A stretch of DNA of 52,312 nucleotides from contig NC_057750.1 of the NCBI RefSeq assembly GCF_004010195.1, forward strand, positions 6,512,898 to 6,565,209, written 5' to 3'. Below the pieces are notes generated by a model. It ran no database searches and was not told the DNA's origin. It was given only the letters and a program-made list of their open reading frames with translations. A program made the translations under genes and the position numbers. Of this stretch, positions 1 through 12,599 are shown piece after piece (positions within the stretch are counted from its first letter, which is position 1; every line of letters starts with the position of its first letter). The DNA is from Chiloscyllium plagiosum (Eukaryota).

Positions 1-216
1 GTATGGAATGAGCTGCCAGAGGAAGTGATGGAGGCTGGTACAATTGCAACATTTAAGAGGCATTTGGATGGGTATATGAATAGGAAGGGTTTGGAGGGAT
101 ATGGGCAGCGTGCTGGCAGGTGGGACTAGATTGGGTTGGGATATCTGGATGGCATAGATGGATTGGATCGAAGGGTCTGTTTCCGTGCCGTACAAATCTA
201 TGACTCTATGACTCTA
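1..216 (+). mobile_element. CR1-clade (HER1-like) LINE 3' end
   Basis: Translates WNELPEEVMEAGTIATFKRHLDGYMNRKGLEGYG (CR1 ORF2 C-terminus), then 3' UTR ending in the (ctatgact)n tail; many near-identical copies in the window. Confidence 0.85.
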
Positions 217-218
217 TT

Positions 219-348
219 AGAGAAAGTGAGGACTGCAGATGCTGGAGATCAGAGTCGAGAGTGTGGTGCTGGGCTGCCTGACCTGCTGCGCTTTTCCAGC
301 ACCACACTCTCGACTCTGATCTCCAGCATCTGCAGTCTCACTTTCTCT
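219..348. mobile_element. Penelope-like terminal sequence arranged as an inverted repeat
   Basis: gagaaagtgaggactgcagatgctggagatcagagtcgagagtgtggtgctgg followed by its reverse complement ccagcaccacactctcgactctgatctccagcatctgcagtctcactttctc; a related sequence abuts GIY-YIG coding fragments at 5262 and 41225. Confidence 0.7.
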
Positions 349-504
349 GAGTTGATTTCAACCTGACTGTGAAGCCTCTTCCAAGGATGCCTACCTTGAA
401 GAAGTTCTCCTCCTCTCTCTACAAAGATCTCAGTCAGTCTCTCTCTCTCTCACGACACCCCCTCCCCAGGTCACCTCCTCTGCCCTGAAGGTCTTTATTC
501 CCAG

Positions 505-660
505 CTACCTTTCCCCCAGCCCCACTCCCCTGCCATTTATCTCTCAGCCCCACGGCCCACAAACCTCATTCCTGATGAAGGGCTTATGCCCGAAACATCG
601 ACTCTCCTGCTCCTCGGATGCTGCCTGACCTGCTGTGCTTTTCCAGCACCACACTCTCGA
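505..660 (+). mobile_element. Penelope-like 3' terminal fragment with hammerhead motif
   Basis: CTGATGA-A-GGGC-TTAT-GCCC-GAAAC at 572-596 within the recurrent terminal repeat. Confidence 0.65.
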
Positions 661-664
661 ATAA

Positions 665-1250
665 TGGAACATTAGCCTGTATTTCAAGGGGGTTGTGGTA
701 TAAGAGTAGGGAAGCCTTACTGTGACCATACGAGGGGCTGGGGAGACCAGATCTGGAGCATCGAGTGCAGTTTTGGTTCCAATGTGTCAGGAAAGATATT
801 GTTGTAATGGACATGGGTCAGAGAAGGTCCACTTGGGATGATCCCTGGGATTGTCTCATGAGCTAAGCCTTGCGACTCTACTCCCTGGTCTTTAGAAGAA
901 TGAGGAGTGAACTCATTGAAACATGTCGGGCTCGACAGGGTCAATGCTGAGTGAATGCTCTCCCTCACGGGAGAGTGTAGACCAGAGGGCACAGCCTCAG
1001 AATAAAGGGCCACCCACTTAACGCTGGGATAAGGAGGAATCCCTTCTCTCGCAGGCTTCGGAGCTCCATGCCCCGGGATGGACAGAGTCCTTGCGAATAT
1101 TTAAGGCTGAGAGAGATGCTTGGTCAGTCGGGGAATCGAGGGGAACGGGCAGGAAGGTGGACGTGAGGAACGTGGGATCAGCCGCCATCCCATTGAATGG
1201 CAGAAGCAGGCTGGAGGGGCTGAATGGCCTCCTCCCATTCCTATTCCTGT
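665..1250 (+). mobile_element. Degraded CR1-clade LINE 3' fragment
   Basis: Decayed equivalents of RPHLEYCVQFWSP and GDLIETYK motifs; typical ggctgaatggcct tail. Confidence 0.65.
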
Positions 1251-2689
1251 CATTGTGAACCAGGTGAGGTTTTCACAGGTCGGAGGAAAGGGTCGCCAGA
1301 CCTGAACCGTTAACCCTGATTTCTCTTCACCGATGCTGCCAGACCTGCTGAGCTTTTCCAATGATTTCGGTTATTGTTTCTGATTTACAATTCTTTTGGT
1401 TATTCTTGAACTCTAAATAATAATCACAGTCTCTGTAATTCCTGATTTATTAATTGGATTTAAGACCTTGCAGCTCAGACTAATGAGCAGACCTCTCACG
1501 TATTAAAGTTGATCTTTCTCTGTACCTTCACTGTAGCTGTGACACTGTATCCTGCACTCTGTACTATCACCCTGATGTACTTAGGTAGGATTTGACTGGA
1601 TAGCACACAAAACAATAGTTTTCACTGTATACACAGGACAATAATACATCAAATTAAACTTAAAACCAGAGTTTGATCCTGGGCGTGCGGAATGTTAAGT
1701 TAGTGAAATCACCACCATCCCTCTGGAAAGAGGGTGCTTAAACCATTGGCCTTTTCAGATCCCTAACATCCGTTCTGGACAAGCCGCTCTCTGAGCTTAA
1801 GAGCTGATGTTCTGTCTTGTTTTCGGAATGGTCCCCTTTCTGACCGAGAGTTCCAACAGTGGGACCAAAGTGGGAGAATTCAGCTCCAACCCTGCTGAGA
1901 ACTAATTGGGCAACAGAACGAGAATCAAGGAGCTGAGCGGCCTACTCCTGGCCCTACGTTTCCCTGTTCGTTGCGTTTAAGGCGCTACATAAATGCAGCC
2001 CGGTCTGAGTTCCCGACGGATCTAAACCATGCCCGTAGTCCGCATCGGCCAAGGAGAGATTGGCACAGTCCTGCAGCTGCAAGAACACAATTTTAAACCA
2101 ACCTCGAACCCTCTCCTCTGTCTGTGACAACACCTCTGACACCCAGTTCCTTACCGTTTTACTAAGGCCTCCTTATTCTCAGGCTGGACACTTCGGTGCT
2201 GGGCTCAATGAACAACATCACAAACTCGAGAAGCAAGGCTCTGGTGAAGAATCAGTCAGACTGGAAACGTTAGTGCTCTCTCTCTCTCTCTCTCTCTCTC
2301 TATGTCTAACCCGCTGAGATTTCCAGCATTTGTTATTTTCACTCGAGAGACAAGTCCTCATTTTTCTGCTGAGGACCCTGCCAACCTCAAAGCTTCGATG
2401 TTGATTTCCAGAGCCTGACCTCATGGTGTCTGTTCTCCATTCTCCTTACATCCAACCCCCCCCCCCCCCCACCCCCACCCCATTCCCTCCACCCCCAGCC
2501 TTGTCTGGTTTTAGTAAAGAGGACTTAGTCATTTTGATTTGATTTATTATAGTCACGTTTACCAAAGTACAATGAAAGGTTTTGCTTTGATTGCTTGATT
2601 TATTGTTATGTGTACTGAAGTGCAGTGAAAAGTTTGGTTTATGACCAGTACAGGCAGATCATAACATAAAAAGATCATGGGCTGCTTCA

Positions 2690-3180
2690 AGAGAGACATA
2701 CAGCACGGAAACAGAGCCTTCGGTCCAACCAGTCTGTGCTGAACGCAATCCACAAATTAAACTAGTCCCATCTACCTGCTCCTGGCCCACATCCGTTTAA
2801 ACATTTCCTATCCATGTACTTATCCAACTGTCTTTTAAACATTGTAACCGTCCCCACATCCATCACTTCCTCAGGAAGTTCATTTCCTCAAATGAACCAC
2901 TCTCTGGGTAAAATATTTGCCCCTCACATCTTTTTAAAATCCCTCTCCTCTCACCTTAAAAATATGCCCTTAGTCTTGAAATGCCCCGCCCTAGGGAAAA
3001 GCCAACCGCCATTCACCTTATCTACATCTCTTGCGATTTTAACAACATCTCTAAGGTCACCCCTCAACCTCCTACACTCCAGTGAAAAAGGTCCCCAGCC
3101 TCTCCCTATAACTCAAACCCCTCGATACCTGGCAACATCCTGGTAAATCTCTTCTGAACCTTCTGCAGCTTAATAATGTC
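2690..3180 (-). mobile_element. CR1-clade LINE 3' fragment
   Basis: Reverse complement of the HER1-like 3' end (cagcacggaaacaga...ttcggtccaacc...actagtcccatctacctgctcc). Confidence 0.75.
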
Positions 3181-3954
3181 CTAAGTTACAGCTGAATATT
3201 GTTTAGTAACTTTTACAAACCTGAGACTTGAGGTTTAAAATGATTGTAAGAAATAAGATCCGCTGTAGAGAGCTCACAGAGAGTCGCTCTGTGTCAGTGC
3301 CACCTTGAATCTCTTCCACAACTTAAAACCACCGAGTCCGACAGCACAGGGTCCAGTCTCGAAAGAGGCATGTGATCAAATCCTGCTGCTGCCAATTGTG
3401 CTGGGTCTCTCTCACACTGAGACTTGCTGTGGGTGAGCCCTGTCTCATAAGGGACCCTTTTATAGTTCAGTGGCTGTGTCCCTACCCCTGAACTGAGAGA
3501 CCTGGGTTCAAGTCTCACCTGCTCCAGAGGCCTATAATAACAGATTGGTTTGAAAAGTAGGTTAAGTTTTAAAAAATGTTAGAATATCCAACACTTTACA
3601 TTCATATTTCAGCATCTGCAGTATTTTGCTTTTAATTCAAATTGTCCTCTTCCTTCGTCACCTTCCCCAAGGACAGTAAATAAATGATATTAATACATTG
3701 ATATTTTGAATTCTACAAGGTAAGTCAGTGGGGACTCTCGAGGAAATGTCCCTAATCTCCAGGTTGAAGTTAATTTAGGTCCGAACCCCATCTACTCCAG
3801 AAATGTATTTCCTTACGCTGATTACCAGAACATTCAAATTAAATTGGGATTTATTTCTGCTGTTTGGGCCATACTCTGGGTTCCTTCTGACTGCGGACAA
3901 GGTCGGTTTTGCCAAATTGAACATTTTATCACCTGATTTCTGAGGTGAGTCAAG

Positions 3955-4138
3955 GTTAGAGTGGGGCTGGGAAAGCACAGCAGGTCAGGCAAGCATCCGA
4001 AGAGCAGGAAAATCGACGTTTCGGAGCAGGAGCCCTTCATCGGGAATCCTGCTCCTCGGATGCTGCCTGACCTGCTGTGCTTTTCCAGCCCCACTCTAAC
4101 CTCGACTCTGACCTCCAGCAACTGCAGCGCCCACTTTC
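3955..4138. mobile_element. Penelope-like fold-back terminal element
   Basis: gctgggaaagcacagcaggtcaggc...gcctgacctgctgtgcttttccagc inverted arms. Confidence 0.65.
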
Positions 4139-4334
4139 ACCATTTACTGAGGTCAGCTGAGGCAAGAGTTAAAAGTCACACAGCACCAGCAAAAACACAC
4201 AGCACCAGCGATGCTCCGAAAGCTAGTGTGCTTCCAATGAAACCTTTTGTGCTATAACCTGGTTTTGTGTGATTTTTAACTTTTAACACCCCAGTCTAAT
4301 GCCGGCATCTCCAAATCATGAGGCAAGAGTGGCC

Positions 4335-4367
4335 TGCAGTACCAGTCAGAGCCACCAGATGGTGGCA
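4335..4367 (+). promoter_or_regulatory. Candidate CTCF site with upstream motif
   Basis: TGCAGTACC + 5-nt spacer + GAGCCACCAGATGGTGGCA, matching the extended CTCF consensus (upstream motif plus CCASYAGRKGGC core, one core mismatch). Confidence 0.5.
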
Positions 4368-4959
4368 ACGTACCAGGAAACCCTCTCGCTGCTTCCATTG
4401 TGTAAAAATGTTGACCTTACCTTGGGCATAAGAACCAGTAGCCTGTTCAGCCCCTCGAGAGTGCTCCTTCCTCAAATACTCTCTTAGCTGATCTCACCTC
4501 GGCTTCGACTCCACTTTTTTGCCTGCTCCCCATGTCCTTTGATTATAAAACTCTCTACCTCTTCCTAACATTCACTCAACGTCTCAGCCCCCGCTGCACT
4601 CTGGGGGGGAGGGCGTTACACAGAGCCTCGAGAGAAGTCACTTCTCCTCAAGAAAACTAAAAGAACTGCGGAAATCAGCGACAGAAACGGAACTTGCTGG
4701 AAAAGCTCGGCAGATCAGGCAGCACTCTGCTGAGAGAAATCAGAGTTAAAGCTTCAGGTCCGGGTTTTGAGGAAGGGGGGGGTCACTCGACCTGAAACGT
4801 TAACTCTGATCTCTCTCCACCGACGCTGCCGGAGCTGCTGAGCTTTTCCAGCAATCTCAGTTTTTGTTGCTAATTCCTCCTCGTCTCTGTTTTAAAGCTG
4901 TCAGCCCCTGTCCTAAAGCTATGACCTCTCGTTCTAGGTTGACTACATCAGGAAACACT

Positions 4960-5241
4960 TTAAGAAACAAGGAGACACAACATGCCCAGAGACTCGAGCC
5001 ACACTACCGTGCATCACAGGGATCTCAGAGATGGATACCAGGGTACTCTGACCCCTTGGCATCATGGTAACCCACAAACCAACCAACACACAAACAGCTA
5101 CTGATGGACCCTAAAGGACCCCATACCAACAATCAGCAAAACTAATGTCATTTACAAAATACCACGCAAGGATTGGAACAAATACTGTATCAGACAGACA
5201 GGCAGAAAAGTAGCCAGCAGGGTACCACAAACACCAACTAG
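4960..5241 (+). mobile_element. Penelope-like element, family 2, GIY-YIG N-terminal part (degenerate)
   Basis: Decayed translation PLGIMVTHKPTNT..KDPIPTISKTNVIYKIP.KD.NKY.I.QTGRK; continues at 6541. Confidence 0.7.
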
Positions 5242-6520
5242 TGTGCTGGACTAGGCCAGACCAGATTCTGGATTAGTGGTGCTGGAAGAGCACAGCAGTT
5301 CAGGCAGCATCCAAGGGGCAGCGAAATCAACGTTTCAGGCAAAAGCCCTTCATCAGGAATAAAGGCAGTGAGCCTGAAGCGTGGAGAGATAAGCTAGAGG
5401 AGGGTGGGGGTGGGGAGCAAGTAGCATAGAGTACTGTAGGGGAGGGGATGAAGGTGATAGGTCAGGGAGGAGAGGGTGGAGTGGATAGGTGGAAAAGGAG
5501 ATAGGCAGGTAGGACAAGTCCGGACAAGTCATGGGGACAGTGCTGAGCTGGAAGTTTGGAACTAGGGTGAGGTGGGGGAAGGGGAAATGAGGAAACTGTT
5601 GAAGTCCACATTGATGCCCTGGGGTTGAAGTGTTCCGAGGCGGAAGATGAGGCGTTCTTCCTCCAAGCGTCTGGTGGTGAGGGAGCGGCGGTGAAGGAGG
5701 CCCAGGACCTGCAGGTAGAGTGGGAGGGGGAGTTGAAATGTTGGGCCACGGGGCGGTGTGGGTGATTGGGTGCGGGTGTCCCAGAGATGTTCCCTAAAGC
5801 ACTCAAACCATTCTGAAGCAGGCAGCCCCAGACCATATCTCTGCAATTTGTTTCGGTCAGTGTACAATGAAAATTACCCGGATTAAATTAGTTAGGTTGA
5901 CTACCAGATTTTAAAATGGACAAAAATTTATTCACAAAATTACACAATGAAACACAAAAACAGAATAAGGAACCTCTACAGAACTCACTCTGTCCAAACG
6001 AGACTTAATTATGCTGTTCCGAATATACACAACAGTCCCAATAATCAAACTCCTTTTAAAAAGGCACATGGGCCAGGTGCTGGCAGGTAGGATATCTGGT
6101 CGGCATGGACGGGTTGGACTGAAGGGTCTGTTTCTGTGCTGTACATCTCTATGACTTTATAAATGGAACACATGCTTACAGGTTGAAGTTGAAGGGCAGA
6201 AAGTGACAGAGAGAGAGAGAGTTTCCACACAGCTCCCTGTTGGACTCCTGACCAGTTCAGGACTGAACTAAACCGCTCAGCGAGAGAGCTGACCACTCCC
6301 CGTTCATCATACAGGTCACTTCTAAAACATGACCACTTTGGCCTGAAGTCTCATCTGTTTACCTATAAACAAAGGGTCTCTCAAAATCCTTTTCATCTTG
6401 GTACCAAACCAGACTGATGGGAGCCCGGCCTGGTTTATTGCCCCTCTGAAAAAAATCAAACACAGAGTATCCTTGAGCCAATGAACAGCTTTTAGAAAAA
6501 AAGGGACTAGTTTTGTGATG
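5242..6520 (-). mobile_element. Solo-LTR-like repeat, itself interrupted by younger elements
   Basis: Its end (ggtctggggctgcctgcttcagaatggtttgag on -) resembles the end of the TG...CA element at 37976-38588; it separates the two halves of a Penelope-like element. Confidence 0.4.
5262..5800 (-). mobile_element. Penelope-like element, family 1: GIY-YIG C-terminal part plus 3' terminal repeat
   Basis: FREHLWDTRT..PVAQHFNSPSH..QVLGLLHRRSLTTRRLEEERLIFRLGTLQPQGINVDF; hammerhead motif at about 5329-5359. Confidence 0.85.
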
Positions 6521-6540
6521 CATTAAAACAACACAGTAAA

Positions 6541-6900
6541 ACAACTAGCTACTAAAAGACATGACCCTCTCTCATTGGTATCCTCACACACAGACAAAGG
6601 ATACCAATTTGACTGGGACGGTACATCCATCCTGGGACAGGCTAAACAGAGACATACACCGGAATTCCTAGAGGCTTGACATTCAAAACCGGAATGCCAT
6701 CAATAAACACATCAATTTGGACCCCATTTACCATCCTCTGAGAAAAAGAACTGGAAATGACATCGCCCACTACAACAGACCGAGACACACAAACAGCAAA
6801 TGGGACAGAACATCACCGGAGGCTCACTGATGATGTTACCTGGCATGGTGACAAAACGTCTGAGAACTAACCTTCCAGCTCAACGAGCAAACTTACAACC
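6541..6900 (+). mobile_element. Penelope-like element, family 2: C-terminal part and 3' terminus with hammerhead motif
   Basis: QLATKRHDPLSLVS..FDWDGTSILGQAKQRH..EFLEA..AINKHINLDPIY; CTCA-CTGATGA-T-GTTACC..GGTGAC-aAAACGTC-TGAG at 6823-6864. Confidence 0.75.
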
Positions 6901-7191
6901 AGGAGGCACCGTCTCTGTGCCTGCTTTGTCAATGCCCTTTAGCACATTTTATATCTCAATTAAATCCTTCCTCATTCTTCTGAAATCCAGTCAGTGTGGG
7001 CCCACGCTGCTCCAATCTCTTACTTGAGGCCTCGGGTTAAATCACCACCAGGTGTCTCTCTTTCTCTCTCCCTTGAGAGAGACAGATCTATGGGATTACA
7101 CCAATTTTACATTCTGTCCTGAGGAAGGGTCACTCAACTCGAAACATTAACTCTGACTTCTCTCCGCAAATGCTGCCAGACCTGCTGAGTT

Positions 7192-7460
7192 TAGATTAGA
7201 TTAGATTAGGTTCCCTACAGTGTAGAAACAGGCCCTTCGGCCCAACCAGTCCACACCGAACCCTCTGAAGAGTAACCCACCCAGACCCATTCCCCTCTAA
7301 CTAAAGCACCTAACACTATGGGCAACTCAGCATGGCTAATCCACCCTAACATGCGCATCCTTGGACTGTGGGAGGAAACCCACGCAGACACGGGGAGAAT
7401 GTGCAAACTCCACACAGACAGTCGCCCGAGGCTGGAATCAAACCTCGGACTCTGGCCCTG
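7192..7460 (-). mobile_element. HE1 (V-SINE) copy
   Basis: V-domain (gactgtctgtgtggagtttgcacattctccccgtgtctgcgtgggtttcctcc on -) and (tctaa)n tail. Confidence 0.85.
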
Positions 7461-8783
7461 TTAGTCCCGTTTTTCCAGCAATTTCCATTTCCAACTTTAT
7501 ACTTACGAGCTCTCTGGGGTATTTGAACTCAGGCCTCCTGTCCCAGAGAGGGGGGGGCACTACCACCACACTATTCAGGTATCTTCATAGGCCGGGTGGG
7601 TTTAATAACGTCACGATGCCTATAGGTCAGGGGCATTTTTCAAAAATCACCTCGTTTTATTTTACTTTCACGGGATGTGGGTATCACTGGCTGAGCCAAC
7701 GTTTATTGCCCGCCCCTAATTGCCCCAGAGGGCAGTTAAGAGTGAACTGTGTTGAGGTGAGTCTGGAGTCACATGTAGGCCAGACCTGGAGGACATTAAA
7801 TAGGAACAGAGGTAGGCCGCTCGCTCACTCGAGCCTGCGTTATCATTCAATATGATCATGGCTGACCCAACACCCCCACATGGGAATCTTTCCCATGATT
7901 CCCGGACTGATCAAGAATCCCTCTCAGCCTTAAACATACACAAGGTCTCTGCCCCCACAGCTCCCTGTGGCAAGGAGTTCCAAAGACTCTCAGCCCGCTG
8001 AGAGAGGAAATTCCTCCTCATCTCAGTCTTCCAACTTATGGATTTTTAATCGCCAATCAATGATTGTTTCTATGGCCACCATGACCAAGGCTAAGGGAGG
8101 GCCACTGGAATTCCGATTTCTCGCCACAGATGCTGCCGGGCCTGCTGAGTTTTTCCAGCAAATTCTGTTTCTGTTTCCACTTCACTTGCGTTAACGTGAC
8201 CTCCCTTCCGTTTACCTAGTCCCGGGACTACACATGACTCCAGGCCCACAGCGATGCGGTTGACTCTTAACTGCCTTCTGGGGCAGTTAGGGACGGGGCA
8301 ATAAATGCTGGGCCAGCCAGAGATGTCTAACTCCCGGGAATAAAAGTCAAAAGATAGACATGTATGATGAGTTGGAGGCCTACACTTGGATGATGAAACA
8401 TTTGGGGCCCAGAACCCTGGCAGATATTCGACTCTCGGCTGAGGATGTCCAGTGATGTCAATGTTCTGTTGACTGTTTGTACTCTGAAGATGGTGGGGCT
8501 GGTTAGTTCCCTCAAACGGGGTCAGAGAATGTATTAACGTCTCTGAAAACAAAACAAACTTTCTTCTTGGATGCTGCGCTGTGGGGTACTCTCGGGAGAC
8601 ACCCTCTTCCTGATCCCAGGGGATTGGGGTGAATGTAATTTGATGGGAACTCCCCCCTCAGAATTTTGTGTGAGAGCGTGCAGAGATCAGAGAGGAGGGA
8701 ATCTGTGGAATTTGTCACCGTAGAGGAGTGATGGGGCTGGAATTAAGTATATTCAAGGCTGAGACCGAGAGATGTTTTGATGA

Positions 8784-9170
8784 CACGGCACAGTGGCTCA
8801 GTGGTCAGCACTGCTGCCTCACGGACCTGGGTTCGATTCCCACCCTCGGGGCGACTGTCTGTGCGGAGTTTGCACATTCTCCCCGTGTCTGTGTGGGTTT
8901 CCTCCCACAGTCCAAAGATGTGCAGGTCGGGTGACTTGGCTGTGCTAAATTGCCCGTAGTGTTAGGTGCATTAGTCAGAGGGAAATGGGTCTGGGTGGGT
9001 TACTCTCCGGAGGGCCGGTGTGGGCCCGAAGGGCCTGTTTCCCGCACTGTAGGGAATCTATTCTAATCACGGGGAGAATGCGCAAACTCCACGCAGACAG
9101 TCGCCCGAGGCTGGAATCGAACCTGGGACCCTGGTGCTGTGAGGCAGCAGCGCTGACCACAGAGCCACCG
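8784..9170 (+). mobile_element. HE1 SINE (+) abutting an inverted 5' HE1 fragment (9068-9170, -)
   Basis: tRNA-like head ggcacagtggctcagtggtcagcactgctgcc with B box ggttcgattcc, V-domain and tail. Confidence 0.85.
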
Positions 9171-9479
9171 TTAAACATCGCCCAGTCTCAGCCTTGAATC
9201 GAGGCATGAAAGTGAGGATTATCAGATCAGCCATGACCTGAGTGAGTGGCGGAATGGATTCGCTGGGCTGAATGGCCTACTGCAGACTTTCCGCTGGGAA
9301 ACCTTTGGAGGGCTGGTTGCAGATTCAACAGGCGCGTCACTACAACCTCGCTTCGGTTCATGGGAGAGTGTGCCGTGTAAATGGGGGATGTTGTTGTTGT
9401 CGTTGCCACCCTATGGGGTAATCCTTTGAGGCAGATCGCGCGGAAGGCTGACAGATGCGTGCCTTAATGTCTCGCTGTG

Positions 9480-9700
9480 AATCGCACGCCAGCGTTGGGT
9501 TTGTGGCCACTTCCTGACACCTGTCGTGCGAGTAAGAATCAGCCGTTGCTTCTCACTTTGTCCACATCCTTCAGCTGAGCGCGGAGCACCTCTTGTCAGA
9601 AACCCAGTGTGGTCCTGTCGCTACCAGCAGACGGAACGCCAGCGTCTCTCGTCTGGGACTCGTAGCTTATGGGACCAGGAGGCACCTCATCACAGTGAGT
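9480..9700 (+). promoter_or_regulatory. Candidate promoter and non-coding first exon of the LRR gene
   Basis: Non-repeat, CpG-enriched island with ETS motif CACTTCCTG and E-box CACCTG near 9508-9523, ending in a consensus donor CA|GTGAGT at 9695; the LRR exon needs an upstream exon. The link is inferred. Confidence 0.35.
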
Positions 9701-10919
9701 CACTTTCAATTTTGACACAGTATATTTTGGGAGAGAGGGGTTTTATTTGGCTTGGGGGGGGGGGGGGGGGGGTGCGTGTTGACCATAATTATTCGCCTCT
9801 TTGGAAGGTTGGTCCAGACTCCATGGATCGAATGGCCTCCTTCTGTACTGTAGGATTTCTATTCTATAATTCTATCTGAAATCACTTCAAGCAGCTAACT
9901 GCTTTATTTCTGATGTCATGACCTCCACTATATGCTATAGTATAGTAGGTGATTGGGGACACCATTGCCAACAGGTTCCTTTTGAAGTTATGCACCGTCC
10001 AGACCTGAAAAGCCATCATTATTCCTTCGTCATTGCTGGGTCAAATTCCTGGAACTTCTGACTCAACAAAATGCTGCAAATACCTTCACCATGCTGACGG
10101 TAGCAATGGAAAAGCTCATTACCTTCTCAAGGAAACCAGGAGTGGACACAATTCTGGCTTTCGCGGTGGCAAAACAACAAGAACTGGCATTCGAACAGCA
10201 CTTTCAATTTAGTAGCACACCCCAAGACACATCACATCAGTCTCAAAGGTCACAGGAGGAGATGTTAGCACAGGTGACCAAAGGAGGAAAGTGAGGCACA
10301 AAGGCAGAGAGATAAGAGAAAGAATTCCAGAATTTAAGGCCGAGGCAGCTACCTGAACCATCAACTGCGATGGAGTGAAATCAGGAATCCGCAAAAGGGC
10401 AGAAATGTAGGAGTGAAGATATCTCAAAGGCTTGTAGGACTGTACAAGGTTGCAATGATTTGGTAACAAGGTAAGAATTTAAAACTCAGTGATGAAGTAA
10501 GTATGTGGTTGGACTTTTCTCATTGTGTCAACCCCCTTATTCCAAACATTAAAGATCTTTTAAGTCAGAATCATTTCCGAAGAAGAGTTTGGCTGTAAGA
10601 CTTAAAGTGCCACTTTTACAGCTGAAGAGCAGAGCTTTCAACTTCAATCTCCCTTCCTTTGTGCTGAGCTGGAAGATTGGAACTGAGGTAAGGTGGGGGG
10701 AGGGGAAATGCAATGTGATAAGCTAAAGCTCTCTCCTGTAGAATTGAGACGGATGCAGAGGGAGATGAGGAGGGACAGTGATGTTTCACGTGGATCAGGA
10801 GCTGAGGATGTGAGATAGTCACTCACTGGAGCAGCAGAATGTACAATGCACTGCGGTAACTCTGCAAGACCCCTTTGAAAACACCTTCCGATCCAGTGAT
10901 CTGTCCCCGAGCAGGAAAT

Positions 10920-11665
10920 GTCATACAATCACCATCACCAATAGGAGACAATCTAACCACCACCCCCTTGACATTCTATGGTGTTATCATCACTGAATCC
11001 CCCACTATTCAACATCCTTACATTGACCAGAAACTCAACTGGATCACTACATAAACACACCGTGGCTACAAGAGCAGGTCACAGGCTCGGAATCCTGCAG
11101 CGAGTAACTCACCCCCTGACTCCCCAAAGCCTGCCGCACCATCTACAAGGCACAAGTCAGGAGGGTGATGGAATACTCCCCACATGCCCCTGGATGGGGG
11201 CAGCTCCAACAACACTCAAGAAGCTCAACACCATCCAGGGACAAAGCAGCTCCCGGTCGATTGGCACCACATCCACAAACATCCCCTCCCTCCACCCCCT
11301 GACGCTCAGTAGCAGCAGTGTGTACCGACTACAAGACACACTGCAGCAACTCACCAAAGATCCTCAGGCAGCACCTTCCAAACCCACAGCCACTTCCATC
11401 AGAAAGATAAGGACAGCAGATACAAGGGAACACCATCCCCTGCATGTTGCCCTCCACTCCCCAACCTGACTGGGAAATATATCAGCCGTTCCTTCCTTGG
11501 TCAGAATCCTGGAATTCCCTCCCTCAGGGGCATTGTGAGTCAACCCACAGCACACGGACTGCAGCGGCTCAAGAAGACAGCTCACCCCCACCTTCTCAAG
11601 GGGGCAATTAGGGACGGGAGATAAATGCTGGGCCCGGCCAGCGACGCCCACATCCCGGGAGCAAA
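10920..11665 (+). mobile_element. LINE 3' fragment, second family (CR1/L2 group)
   Basis: TVATRAGHRLGILQRVTH..WMGAAPTTLKKLNTIQ; same family as 33640-34790; ends in a gggagataaatgctggg..gcgacgcccacatcc tail. Confidence 0.75.
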
Positions 11666-12599
11666 TATTTGACATGTCACTGGTCAATCAAGCAAGGATT
11701 CACCAGAAATGTCTTTCCCCAAGAAATGGTGAGAATGCAGGACTCACTCCCACAAACGTTCGGGTCGAATAGAAATGGATTGAAGGGAAGACTACCTGGG
11801 CTCATGAGGGAGGAGATGCTGCCTGAATTGCTGTGCTCTTCCAGCACCACTGATCCAGAATCATGAGGGAGGAAGGCAGGGAGGGATATAGCGATGGAGG
11901 TCAGGTGAAGACTGGGTGGGTCATGATGCATGGGGAGCATTGACGTCAGGGTGGACCAGTGGGGCCAAATGGCCTGTCCCTGGGAAGGTACACAATGCTA
12001 TCCAAACTGCTATATGGATACCATCAGAACCAGCCACTCAGGGAGGAAGGTTACCAAACTGTTTTTCACACACAGAGGTCTGGGCTCATGGGAATTCTAG
12101 GGGTCAATTGATCCCATCATGCACCATGTTGCATTCACACCTGGCTCCCCATCGCCATGATCCCTTACCCACACCAACAGCAGCTCATCGGAGAAGAAGA
12201 AAGAAACCAGTAGATCATAAGAAACGGGAATCAGAGGAGGCCATTCAGCCCCTCGCGCCTGCCCAGCCATTCAGTAGGATCATGGCTGATCCAACATTCT
12301 TTACCTCCGCCTTTCTGACCCTTTCCCCATAATTCCCCGACTGATCAAGAATTGACACAAGGACTCTGCCCCCACCGCTCCCAGGGGCAAGGAATTCCGA
12401 AGACTCTGAGAGACGGAATTCCCCCTCATCTCTGTGTTAAATTGCCCCTTTACTTTGAGACCATGCCTCTCTGGTCTTCGAATCTCCCCCCCCCCCCCCC
12501 CCCCCACAAGGTGAAACATTCTCCCAGCATTTATCCCATCAAGCCCTTAGAGAATCCGATGTGTTTCAATGAGACAACAGGAGTTTAAGATTCTCACTT

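Noticed and set aside
8784..8860. tRNA gene-like A/B boxes (also at 12600, 28484, 29929, 48310, 50588)
   Set aside because: These are SINE heads followed by SINE bodies, with no complete cloverleaf.
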